A stretch of DNA of 64,000 bases from an uncultured Armatimonadetes bacterium (GTDB taxonomy: Bacteria > Armatimonadota > Hebobacteria > Hebobacterales > Hebobacteraceae), in NCBI GenBank assembly GCA_963716175.1, contig OY970296.1, forward strand, positions 864,001-928,000, given 5' to 3'. A program made the translations under genes and the position numbers. How positions within the stretch are numbered: the stretch's first letter is position 1; every line of letters begins with the position of its first letter. Of the stretch, positions 39,232-48,744 are shown piece after piece. Below the pieces are notes generated by a model, which was not told the DNA's origin, did no database searches, and saw only the letters and a list, made by a program, of their open reading frames with translations.

Positions 39232-39846
39232 TCAGCCTGAGAGATAGGGAGACAGCGCTTGCCGAAGCTGACTGCGGGCGCGAAACAGCCGGGACTTGAC
39301 TGCCTTCTCGGAGCAGCCCAGCACCTGCCCGATCTCCTGGTAGGATAGCCCCTGCAGATCCCGCAGCACGATCAGCGCCCGCAGGTCGGGCCGGAGCGAG
39401 AGCAGGCATTTCGCCACCTGACCCTCCAGCTCCTTGGCCTCGACCCGCTGGTGCGGCTGCGGGCTGCTATCCTCGATTTCGCGGGCGAGCGCCTCCCCCT
39501 CATGATCGGCTGGGCTGTCCAGGGAAAAGGAGTGAACCCGGCTGCGATGTTGCTGTTGTCGAAAGTAGTTCTTGCACAGATTCAGGGCGATACGATAGAG
39601 CCAAGTATAGGGGTGGGCATCTCCTCGGAACTGCTGGTAGGAGCGCAGCGCCCGCACGAAAGTGTCGGAGGTCAGGTCGGCGGCATCATCGTAGTCGCCG
39701 ACCAGCCGGTAGACGAGGTTGAAGATCCTCTGCTCGTAGGCCTGGAAAAGATCATCGAAAGCCTCGGCCACCGGATGGCCGCCGCGCTCGCCATCCTCGG
39801 CTGGACGCTCGTCCACTGAGGGCCACCTGTCTGGCGCATCCACCAT
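39232..39846 (-). CDS. ECF RNA polymerase sigma factor (RpoE/SigW-like)
   Basis: DAADLTSDTFVRA, YTWLYRIALN, LRDLQGLSYQEIG, VKSRLFRAR. Confidence 0.92.
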   Translation of the reverse strand: MVDAPDRWPSVDERPAEDGERGGHPVAEAFDDLFQAYEQRIFNLVYRLVGDYDDAADLTSDTFVRALRSYQQFRGDAHPYTWLYRIALNLCKNYFRQQQHRSRVHSFSLDSPADHEGEALAREIEDSSPQPHQRVEAKELEGQVAKCLLSLRPDLRALIVLRDLQGLSYQEIGQVLGCSEKAVKSRLFRARSQLRQALSPYLSG

Positions 39847-40028
39847 ATACCGCTCGGCTCCAACTGGTACGCCGTAGCCTGCCGGTAGGCGCAAGGCACG
39901 CCCGGAGCCGCTCTTTCCTGCCCCGCGAGCGTCGCCGGCCAATGTGACCCTCGCTTTCGACACGTAGGCAGGCACCAAGTTTCTGGCTGAGTCTAGCATA
40001 TTTGCCTGGCCTCGGCAACCCGCGCCAT

Positions 40029-43000
40029 TCAGAAGGGAATGAAGGCCTGCAGGTCCCACCGCGACTTATCCAAAGCATCACTGCTCAGGCCCACGGACCA
40101 GCGCGGCGTGATCTCGTAGGTGATGCGCGTGGACCGGAACTGGGGGGGCCCGCTCAAGGGACTGACATAGGAAACCAGCACCCGCCGGAAAATGCGCTCG
40201 CCCACTCGCAACTGAGTCGGGCCCCCCAGCCCCGTCTCCAGGTAGACCGCGGTCAGCCCCAAGGAGGTGCCCACAAATGAGGGCAACACGAACCCGCTCA
40301 CCTGGCCCGCGCTGACCGAGGGAGCGCGGGGGTTGGCCAGGAACTGAGCGATATCGTTGCTCTCTCCCACCGCCGGGGCCAGCACTGGCCCTAACAGGAG
40401 GGCCTTGATGTAAACCTCGTCCAGTGCCGGTATGGACACCGCGTTCCATTGGAGGGGGCTGGCGCTGATCTCCCCTCCGCGCGACACCCGCCTCCTCTCA
40501 ACCCCGGGGGCTTCGCCCCGCGCCCGCCGCGCCGCCTCCTCTCGTACCCGGCGCGCCCATTCCTGGAGTTCGCTGCTCTCTTCCCCGGATTGACCCTGCT
40601 CCGGCCCCGTCGAGGGGTAGATCTGGCCGGTAGGGCTGAGCGACACGTAGTAGTCGCCGATCCGCCCGTCCGCCTCGGTATCGGTGATCCAGATGCGAGG
40701 CCTGGTCTGCCCCGCCTGGCGGCTGATGTGGGCCGTGCCCTTCCGCAGCGAGAGTGTACCATTGGGGAAGGAGAGCACCCCGCGGTCGCTCTCCACCTGG
40801 CCGTTCAGGACGACTCCGGCCGCAGTGGGCTTCCCGCCCAGGAAGAGGTAGCTCCCAGGCTTCAGGCTGATCGTGGTGGGAAGGGACCCCAGACCATAGC
40901 GGAACTGAACCCGTTCCCCCACCGCCACTCGCACCCGTAGATCGGGGGCGAAGGGAAAAGGTCCGATCTCCGCCAGCGTCGGTCGGCCCCGGGGCAGGCC
41001 CAGGGTGGCATCGGAAAAGACCAGCGGCTGGGCGCGCGCCGTCTCCAGCACCGGGTCAGGATCGTTGACCAGGAGCAGCCTTCCGTTCAGCCTGCCTTCC
41101 ACCAGATCGGGCAGCCTCAGGTCTACCTGGTTCAGGTCCACGGTGACGCGAAACCGATTCTCATTGAAGTGCCTGAGAGAAAGCGAGCGAATCTCTACCT
41201 CGCCCTGCACGCTGAAGCTGCCGCTGCCGGCCTTGCCCTCGACACCGGGCCGGGAGGCGCCTCCCGGCTCCGCAGCCGGCTGGCTTAGCAGCAGTCTGTT
41301 ACCCCGCAGATACACCTGCGCGTCGAACACAAACGGAGTCATGTCTGTGATCGGCGCGAACTGCCCGTCGTGCACTCGCAGCTCGCCCTTGGGTGGAGAC
41401 AGCAGCGCGAGTGGGCTGCTCAGTGGCAGGCTGGCCTGGCCCACCGCCTCCATGGGACCGTTGCGGAGGCGGATCTCCTCTATGCTCAGGACCCCTTCCC
41501 TCACCCAGATCGGGCTGGCTGTGACGTTCTCGAAGTGCAGCGGCCCCAGCCGGGGGTTGTCAAGGAACACATCGCCTCGCAGCACGGGCCGGCTGGTTGA
41601 CCCACTGATGTCGAAGTTGACAGTGGCCTGGCCGGCGACGTGCTCGCTCAGCCACTGCTCCGGTCCCTTGCCTCCCAGGTCCAGGCCGTTCAGGTCCACC
41701 ACGTACTGCAGCCAGGGCGAGAGCATCTTCAGGTCAAGGTTGCGCACCTCCGCCTGCAGCGAGACCTCGCCTCCCGGCGTGACCTCCCCCTGGATCGAGG
41801 CATAGGCCGGATCCTGCATCACGCGCAGGTCGGTCACCTCCACCTTCTTGAGCCTCAGGCCCCGGTGGTCCACTGCCCGCAACCACCAGATCAGGTCCCC
41901 GGTCACGCGCTGGATGGGCTGCTCTCCCCAAACGAGATCGTCCACCTGCAGCCCCACGCGAACCTCGGGTTCCGCCGTCGTGCCCGAGATGGCGATATTC
42001 GCCTCCTCCAGCCGCCCCGCGACGGGGATGGCGGCATGCCGGGCGGCGCGGGGCAGAGGCACGCCGGCGGCCGATAGGCGCCAGAGAGATCCGTAGACCA
42101 GCGCCTGGACTGTCGAGAGGTCCACCCGGCGGAGGCTAATGGTCAGATTCGCCGGTCCCGATCCCCCCGGGCGCAGATCCACGGTTCCCGCGGCAGAGAG
42201 CGTGCTCTCCGCCTGCCTAACGGTCACGGTCTTGAGCTGCAGCACGCCCCCCGCGAACTGGCCCGAGGCCGCGACGTCGTCGAAGGGTAGATCGTTCACG
42301 CTGACCGCGCTGGCGGCGAGGTCGAAGCTCACCTCGGGAGCTGCCCAAGACCCGGTGATGGCGGCGCGCACCGCCGCCTTGCCAGTGATAACCAGGCCCA
42401 GCTCCCGCTGCGTCTCCGCCGTGAGATGGGCCAGGTCAAGATCATCTCCTTTCACCTCGAAAGATAACCCAGCGGCGCTGCCGCTGCCGCTGATCACGAT
42501 CCGGGTGCGACTCTCCGTCAGCTCATCTACGAAGAAGGCACCGGCCTGGTAGCGGACCCGCGCCGCGGCCTCTGGCAGCACCAGGCCGGCCACCCCGATC
42601 GCGGTCAGCTTGAGGTCCATCTGCAGAAGCGGCTCGCCGACGGTCCCCGCGATCTCCGCGGAACCGTCAACGCTGCCGATGCTGATCAGGCGGGTGTAGG
42701 GCGTGGGCAGCCACTCGGCCGGATCGGCGCCGGCGATGCGGAATCGGCCCTGGACTGCGGCTCGCTCGCCCAGGCGCCAGTCCGTCACCCCCAATTCTCC
42801 CTGGTAGCTTCCCCGCGCCAGCTTGAGAGTCACCGCTGAGAACCGCGCCGCCTGCTGCGAGATGTCGAACTCGGTGCTGAGCAACTCAAGGGCCCGACCT
42901 TGCAGCCGGCCGGGCCCCACCTCGATCCGCCCCGCCGCCTGCCCCTCGCGCCAGGCGCCGGAGGCGCGGGCCGAAGCCGGGAACAGGCCGCTCACATTCT

Positions 43001-44642
43001 TCTGGCCCAGGCCCCGGCCCAAGGCCGACAGGTCGAACGCGGAGAAGTCGGCCTCCAGATCGAACTTATCGGGGAGCGTGATCTTGGCGGAGAATCCGCC
43101 CGCGCCCAGCGGGCCCTCGATCCGGCCGCGGCGCACCAGCAGGCGTTGGTCCGAGTACTCGAAGTCCCCGGAGAGCTGCCCCAGCGCCAGGCCCCGCGCC
43201 ACCGCCTGCTTGATCGCGAAATGGCCCTCCACTGCCCTTCCGTCCAGGCTGGCCGACCCGTTCACCGAGGCGATGCCCGCCAAACCCACATCCCCCAGGC
43301 CCAGCATCTCGGCGAAGGTGCGCACCGGGACATCCACCAGGCTGAAGCTGACCTCCGCCTGTAGCTGCTGTCCCTTGCCCCACCCGATGTCTATGTCTGC
43401 CTCCAGGCGGCGGGGGCTGCCATGCGCGCTCAGGCCCCGCAGCTGCAGCCGACCGCGGGAGTAGGTGAACCTGGTGACTACATCGTGCCAGGGCACCAGG
43501 TGGAACTTCACCACCCGCACCTCCGCCCGGCCCTCTACCTTGATATCGGAGACTGGGCCCTCCGCCCGCGCCGTGATCCGCAGGGGCGCCGGCAGGGCCA
43601 GGGTGGCAGGCATATAGAGCTTCGGCAGCAACTGCTTGAGCTGCTCGAAGCGCAGACCCGTGGCGGTGAGGTCAACGGCCAGCTTCGGGTCCTTCAGGTC
43701 CGATAGCGTCCCGTTCACTGTGACTGGCGCGCCTGCCAGTGTCCCCGCGATATCGTCCAGATGGAGTTTGCCCTCCGCCAGCCGGAGCCGGCCCTTCACC
43801 CCGGTCACCGGCCGGCGCAGCCAGGGGAAAGAGACTTCCACCTCCTCCACCTCGGCATTGACGGTGAACCCGCTCTCCATGGCGGCCGGCGCCTCGGGGC
43901 CGCGAACCAGTTTGCCCTCGATATCGGCGCGGCCTCTGGAGACGGTAAGGGCCTGGATTGCGGGAAGCCTGGCGAAGGCATATCGCAGGTCCAGGTGTGA
44001 GATCTTGCCGGAGACATCCGCCCCGACCCTCGCACCCGACCGGCCGCTCACTTCCAGGGAGGAGAAGGCGTTGTCCGTCCCCTCCCCGCGGACCGAGAAC
44101 TCGACCTGTCCGGGCTCCGGCTGCCTCAGGCGGAGGTCCAGGTTCTCCACCGTGGTGGCGAGGCCGCCGCGGGACTGGTCAACCACCGTCACCCGGCCTC
44201 GTTCCACATAGACATCGCCGGTGAAGCGCGCCGGGGCCCCCGGCTTCCGCTTCAGCAGATCCTCGATATTCCACCGCAGATCCCGGCTGCGGGTCAGTGT
44301 CACCTCTGGCTGGCGAAGCGTGACCGATCGCAGCGCAGTGGAGACCGCGGATAGGGAGAGCAGCGAGGCCGGCCTTCCCAGTCGCACCACGGCCTCCGGC
44401 GCGGACAGCAGCGGAGATCCGTCGCGGTTTCGCACCACCAGGTCGTGCAGCACTACCTGTCCGGTGGCGCTCAGGCTGACGTCGGCAATGGAGACCTGCC
44501 GGCTGGTCTGGCGGGCAAGCTCACTGGCGAGGCTGCTGCGAAGCTGCCGCCGTAGGGGGCCGGCCCGCCACAAGTACAGGATGGCGATGCCTACCACCAG
44601 CAGCAAGGCAAGATACGGCAGCAGTCTGGCCAGTCTGCGCAT
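40029..44642 (-). CDS. tamB: TamB/AsmA-like translocation and assembly protein
   Basis: 1537 aa, N-terminal TM anchor, long beta-taco repeats, C-terminal beta strands ending in Phe; upstream of bamA. Confidence 0.8.
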   Translation of the reverse strand: MRRLARLLPYLALLLVVGIAILYLWRAGPLRRQLRSSLASELARQTSRQVSIADVSLSATGQVVLHDLVVRNRDGSPLLSAPEAVVRLGRPASLLSLSAVSTALRSVTLRQPEVTLTRSRDLRWNIEDLLKRKPGAPARFTGDVYVERGRVTVVDQSRGGLATTVENLDLRLRQPEPGQVEFSVRGEGTDNAFSSLEVSGRSGARVGADVSGKISHLDLRYAFARLPAIQALTVSRGRADIEGKLVRGPEAPAAMESGFTVNAEVEEVEVSFPWLRRPVTGVKGRLRLAEGKLHLDDIAGTLAGAPVTVNGTLSDLKDPKLAVDLTATGLRFEQLKQLLPKLYMPATLALPAPLRITARAEGPVSDIKVEGRAEVRVVKFHLVPWHDVVTRFTYSRGRLQLRGLSAHGSPRRLEADIDIGWGKGQQLQAEVSFSLVDVPVRTFAEMLGLGDVGLAGIASVNGSASLDGRAVEGHFAIKQAVARGLALGQLSGDFEYSDQRLLVRRGRIEGPLGAGGFSAKITLPDKFDLEADFSAFDLSALGRGLGQKNVSGLFPASARASGAWREGQAAGRIEVGPGRLQGRALELLSTEFDISQQAARFSAVTLKLARGSYQGELGVTDWRLGERAAVQGRFRIAGADPAEWLPTPYTRLISIGSVDGSAEIAGTVGEPLLQMDLKLTAIGVAGLVLPEAAARVRYQAGAFFVDELTESRTRIVISGSGSAAGLSFEVKGDDLDLAHLTAETQRELGLVITGKAAVRAAITGSWAAPEVSFDLAASAVSVNDLPFDDVAASGQFAGGVLQLKTVTVRQAESTLSAAGTVDLRPGGSGPANLTISLRRVDLSTVQALVYGSLWRLSAAGVPLPRAARHAAIPVAGRLEEANIAISGTTAEPEVRVGLQVDDLVWGEQPIQRVTGDLIWWLRAVDHRGLRLKKVEVTDLRVMQDPAYASIQGEVTPGGEVSLQAEVRNLDLKMLSPWLQYVVDLNGLDLGGKGPEQWLSEHVAGQATVNFDISGSTSRPVLRGDVFLDNPRLGPLHFENVTASPIWVREGVLSIEEIRLRNGPMEAVGQASLPLSSPLALLSPPKGELRVHDGQFAPITDMTPFVFDAQVYLRGNRLLLSQPAAEPGGASRPGVEGKAGSGSFSVQGEVEIRSLSLRHFNENRFRVTVDLNQVDLRLPDLVEGRLNGRLLLVNDPDPVLETARAQPLVFSDATLGLPRGRPTLAEIGPFPFAPDLRVRVAVGERVQFRYGLGSLPTTISLKPGSYLFLGGKPTAAGVVLNGQVESDRGVLSFPNGTLSLRKGTAHISRQAGQTRPRIWITDTEADGRIGDYYVSLSPTGQIYPSTGPEQGQSGEESSELQEWARRVREEAARRARGEAPGVERRRVSRGGEISASPLQWNAVSIPALDEVYIKALLLGPVLAPAVGESNDIAQFLANPRAPSVSAGQVSGFVLPSFVGTSLGLTAVYLETGLGGPTQLRVGERIFRRVLVSYVSPLSGPPQFRSTRITYEITPRWSVGLSSDALDKSRWDLQAFIPF

Positions 44643-44731
44643 AGATCAGCTTCTTGTGCTATCGGCTAATGCTGTGGTATGGGAATGGGCCCAGGCCAGT
44701 GCCAGTCTGCCCCCATCGTCGCCAGCCGGCC

Positions 44732-45583
44732 TCAAGACTCCACCAGCTCCAGCGCATGATAGGAACTGCGCACCAGCGGCCCGCTCAGCACATGCTCGAA
44801 CCCCAGGGAGCGGGCCGCATGTTCATAGCACTGAAAGACCTCCGGCCTGACGTAGTCCACCACTGGCAGATGATCGCGAGTGGGTTGCAGGTACTGCCCG
44901 ATAGTCAGCGCGCTCACCCCCGCCTCCCGCAGGTCCCGAAACACCGCCCTCACCTCGGCCTGGGTCTCGCCCAGCCCGACCATGAGGCCGCTCTTGGTGA
45001 TGATCTGCCCCGACATCCGCCGCGCCTTGCGCAGCACAGCAACAGACCTGCCGTAATCGGCCTGGGGCCGCACCTGGGGATAGAGCCGCGGAACCGTCTC
45101 GACGTTGTGCCCAAACACGTATGGCCCCGCCTCCAGCACCGTCCCCAGGGACTCCTCATCCCCCTGGAAATCCGGCGCCAACACTTCCATCCTCGCCTCT
45201 GGCAGCACCTGCCTGAGCGCAGAGATGGTGGCCGCGAAATGCCCAGCTCCGCCATCTGGCAGGTCGTCACGCGTGACCGATGTGATCACCACGTACCGCA
45301 GGCCCAGGGATCGCGCCGCCTCCGCCACGCGCGCCGGCTCCGAGGGATCGAGAGGCCCCGGTTTCCCGTTATCCACTGCGCAGAAGCGGCAGTCACGCGT
45401 GCAGACATTCCCCATGATCATGAAAGTGGCATGGCCGCGGCCAAAGCACTCCCCTAGGTTCGGGCAGCGCGCGCTCTGGCAGACTGTATAGACACCCAAC
45501 GCCGCCAAGTGACGCCCCAACTTCGCCAGTTGAGGAGCTTTCGGGGCCGCCGGCCTCAGCCAGTCGGGAAGCCGTGACCTCAT
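44732..45583 (-). CDS. lipA: Lipoyl synthase
   Basis: CQSARCPNLGEC and CTRDCRFC clusters, VTRDDLPDGGA, HNVETV, GQYLQP, VRSSYHA. Confidence 0.96.
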   Translation of the reverse strand: MRSRLPDWLRPAAPKAPQLAKLGRHLAALGVYTVCQSARCPNLGECFGRGHATFMIMGNVCTRDCRFCAVDNGKPGPLDPSEPARVAEAARSLGLRYVVITSVTRDDLPDGGAGHFAATISALRQVLPEARMEVLAPDFQGDEESLGTVLEAGPYVFGHNVETVPRLYPQVRPQADYGRSVAVLRKARRMSGQIITKSGLMVGLGETQAEVRAVFRDLREAGVSALTIGQYLQPTRDHLPVVDYVRPEVFQCYEHAARSLGFEHVLSGPLVRSSYHALELVES

Positions 45584-46500
45584 CCCCGGGCCGCTCCCGC
45601 AACTGCCCGGCGGGCGAGAGCGCAGCGCGCCAGCCCGGCCCAGGCCACCACCTGCAAGGGCCACAGCGCGATCGCCTGCTTCAACTCGTGGATCGCTTCC
45701 TCGGTCTCACCACCCCGCAGCAGCCCCCGGCCCAGCCGGCAGTGAGCCCAGGCCAGCCGCCGGCAAGCCACCCCTCTTAGTGGGCCTGCCCCCGCCTCCC
45801 GCGCCAGGACCCGCCGCACCACCTCCCCCTCCCAGGCGCGCATCGCCGCCCGGCTCTGGCTCCGCTGCCCGGGGTGCAGCCGGTGGATGGTCAGCGGCGC
45901 CGGAAGCAATGCCAGCTGCCAGCAGGTGGAGACTCGCAGCCACAGGTCCCAGTCCTGCGCCAGCGGGAGCGCTTCGTCGAAGCCACCGGACTCCTCCAGG
46001 CATTCCCGCCTGGCGAGCACACTCGACATGGGCAGGCGGTTGGCCCGGACGAGCGCGGCCTGGGACACCTCCCGCAGCCGCGCTGGCTCCGCCAGGGGCC
46101 GAAGATGGCGCCCAGAGGGCCTGGCGGTGCGCAGCCCATGGGTGCCGAGCACACCCAGGCCAGGGCGATCCAGGAACCAGCGCGCCTGCCAGGCCAGCTT
46201 CTCCGGGTGCCAGAGGTCGTCGTCATCGAGAAAGGCGATGAGCTGCCCCGCGGCCGCCCGCAACCCGGCATTCCGCGCCGCGGCCGGACCCCGACCGGGG
46301 CCGGACAGCACGCGCAGACGCACTGGCGCACACGCAGCCAGTGACCGCAGCGCCTCGGCCGCTCCCCTTCCCCCTGCATCATCCACCACCACCAGCTCCT
46401 CTGGGAGCAGACGCTGGCGCAGCACGCTCCGCGCGGCCGCCACCAGGAACTCCGGTCGCTCCCGGGTGGGAAGGACGACACTGATCGTTGGAAGATCCAC
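45580..46500 (-). CDS. GT2 family glycosyltransferase
   Basis: ISVVLPT, VVVDD, GPAAARNAG, AFLDDDD, GGFDE, QDWDLWLR. Confidence 0.92.
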   Translation of the reverse strand: MDLPTISVVLPTRERPEFLVAAARSVLRQRLLPEELVVVDDAGGRGAAEALRSLAACAPVRLRVLSGPGRGPAAARNAGLRAAAGQLIAFLDDDDLWHPEKLAWQARWFLDRPGLGVLGTHGLRTARPSGRHLRPLAEPARLREVSQAALVRANRLPMSSVLARRECLEESGGFDEALPLAQDWDLWLRVSTCWQLALLPAPLTIHRLHPGQRSQSRAAMRAWEGEVVRRVLAREAGAGPLRGVACRRLAWAHCRLGRGLLRGGETEEAIHELKQAIALWPLQVVAWAGLARCALARRAVAGAARG

Positions 46501-46733
46501 GGACTGCTCCAGGCCTCCGCAGGGCTAGAGATGAGTATAAGTAACGGAAACCAGGGGTGTCAACCTGAAGGCGGGCGGGTAACCGTTCAGCCGCCGGTGT
46601 TGGGTCTGTCTTGTGCTGATGTGCAGTGAGTTGGTGGCGGGCTGATCGGCTAACTGAGCAGGCTGCTGTAGGGAACGCCCGCGAGCACACCGCTCAGCCC
46701 GGCCAGCAGGAAGGTGGCGACCATGGCTCCGCT

Positions 46734-47766
46734 TTCGGCTACGACGCCAATGGCAATATGACCAGCGTCTCGGGGCCGCTGGGTGCGTGGACCTTGGTGT
46801 ACGATGACGAGAACCGGCTGGCGTCCGTAGCATATCCCGGCGGAACCGATAGTTTGCTCTACAGTGCCCTGGGCCAGCGCATGAGGGCTAACGTGAATGG
46901 GGGTGTTCTGCGGTATATCTACCATGGAGACCGCGTGCTAGAGCAGACGGACGATGGGGGGAACTTGCTGACCCGGTACGCCACCGCCGGTGGCAGCTAC
47001 TACGACCCGCTACTGGGCTTGGGCTTCAGCGACGGCAGCGTGCGGTACCCGCTCTGGGACCTAATCGGCACCTCGCGGCGGCTGGTGGACGGCTCCGGTG
47101 CCGCCACTGACGCCTACTCCCTGGATGCCTTTGGGCGGCAGATGTACACCTGGGGCAGCACCCCCAACCCCTACCGCTTCGGGGCCGCCTGGGGGTATGT
47201 CACGGACACCCCGGGATCGGGGCTGTTGCAGTTAGGGGCGCGCTTCTATTGGCCGGAGGTGGGGAGGTTCGTGCAGCAGGATCCGATGTTCCGCACAGTC
47301 CACCTCGGGGTACAGCCTCTGGGAGGCTTGGGCCACGCACCGGTGGGCCTGGCCGTCAAGGCCGACCCTTTCCAGGCCAGCGCGTGTGAGCCGCTTCGCC
47401 TTCGCGGGCAATGAGCCGGCCCGTAGCATAGACCCATCGGGCTATTGGTATATCGACATATCGGGCACTTGGGGGGCGATAGGCCCGGCGGGGATAGTCG
47501 GCATCATGATAGGGCCTGACCCTTGTGAGAAGGGCCCTTGGTGGAAGCGATGGTTCCACCCCTACGGAGGAGGCGGCGGGGGGTCTCCAGGACCCGGTGT
47601 TGGGCTCATGTACGGGCCCGGTGATCCCAGTTGCGGATGGTATGCTGCAGGTGCTGGTGGCTACGGGCTGGGCGCTTCGGGAGGTGCTGACCAGAGCTCC
47701 AAGCCGTTCTATGAGTTTGGGCTGAGCACCCCTGGCGCCTTCGCGGGCTACTACTATGTCAGGTGA
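46734..47766 (+). pseudogene. Orphan Rhs core C-terminus with glycine-rich toxin tip, frameshifted
   Basis: YDANGN, YDDENRL, YSLDAFG, NPYRFG, LGARFYWPEVGRFVQQDP, then in the +1 frame FAFAGNEPARSIDPSG (PxxxxDPxG) and a tip of about 105 aa. No N-terminal Rhs region. Confidence 0.85.
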
Positions 47767-48058
47767 CGGCTGCGCAACTCCCTTGGGTACGGGCCTCGCT
47801 GCGGCCTTTTCCTCGCTCTTGTGCTACGCAAGCATACGGTGGCGCAAGCAGCTGGCTGCGATGGCTGTGGAGTATCGGCTCTCGCTGAGGGGTCTGCTCC
47901 CACGCCGGATTCGAGAGCCACTAACGCGCTGGAGCACAGCCCCGGCAGTCATCCGGGCTCAGATGGTTGTGATGATCGTCCTTAGTGGTCTCGTGGCTCT
48001 GTGTTTGTGGCTGATGTTCTTCTCGGATGTCGGGGCCGTCTTGCGAGGCTCGCGCTAG
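47756..48058 (+). CDS. Putative two-TM immunity protein
   Basis: Overlaps the toxin stop; two hydrophobic helices flanking a basic amphipathic segment. Function inferred from position. Confidence 0.55.
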   Translation: MSGDGCATPLGTGLAAAFSSLLCYASIRWRKQLAAMAVEYRLSLRGLLPRRIREPLTRWSTAPAVIRAQMVVMIVLSGLVALCLWLMFFSDVGAVLRGSR

Positions 48059-48305
48059 GGCATCCCGGACAACCCTGCGGGAAGCGCGAAGCCGGGCGGA
48101 AGCACCTGCCGTCGGTGTGATCTGTGCTACGCGATGGCGGGTTGCCCGGAAGAGCGCGGTAGGCTGTTCGCAAACCGACAGGAACTGCGAGTACACCAAA
48201 CGGGACGCGAAAGCCGGCCAGGGACACCTTGTGGTGGTTACTTCGCCGTAGAACCGCCCTAGCCTTGCTCTGAGGGGGTCCTCTGCTGTATCGTGGCCGC
48301 TCATT

Positions 48306-48461
48306 CTCGCTGGAGGATGCACCCACGTGGAAGCAGCCGGGGCCTCTGTTTGTCTGGTGATGAAGGCAGTGCTGCTGAGTGCCCGCTGGGCGGGACGGAC
48401 ACGACGGCTGGGTCTGGAGCAGGCGGCGAAGGCCGCGGGTGATGGGGCGGAGGTGCAGTCC
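48306..48461 (+). repeat. Diverged direct repeat of about 155 bp, copy 1
   Basis: Aligns by eye with about 49921-50077 (ACCCACGTGGAAG...TGAAGGCxGTGCTGCTxAGTGCCCG...TGGAGCAGGxGGCGAAG...GGTGATGGGGCG). Confidence 0.85.
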
Positions 48462-48593
48462 AATAGCTTCCTCTACAATGCCCTGGGCCAGCGCATGTGA
48501 GCATGCCTCAACGGGGGCGTCTTACGGTATATCTGCCATGGTGAGCGCGCGCTAGAGCAGACGGACGATGGGGGGAACTTGCTGACCAGTTAC
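48462..48593 (+). pseudogene. Second Rhs core remnant
   Basis: Near-copy of about 46848-46980 (GCCCTGGGCCAGCGCATG...CTAGAGCAGACGGACGATGGGGGGAACTTGCTGACC) with an in-frame TGA. Confidence 0.85.
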
Positions 48594-48744
48594 ATCCCCC
48601 TCTGGTGCACGCTTACGCTCCTGCGGCAGCAGAGCGCTAGGCACGGTAGCGTGAGACACAACTCACGCGCGGGCCAATAGCAGGGCAGCGACGCATGCGA
48701 CAGAGTGCTACGCGTGATGTCTTCCCGCGTAACAGGAGGCGGAC

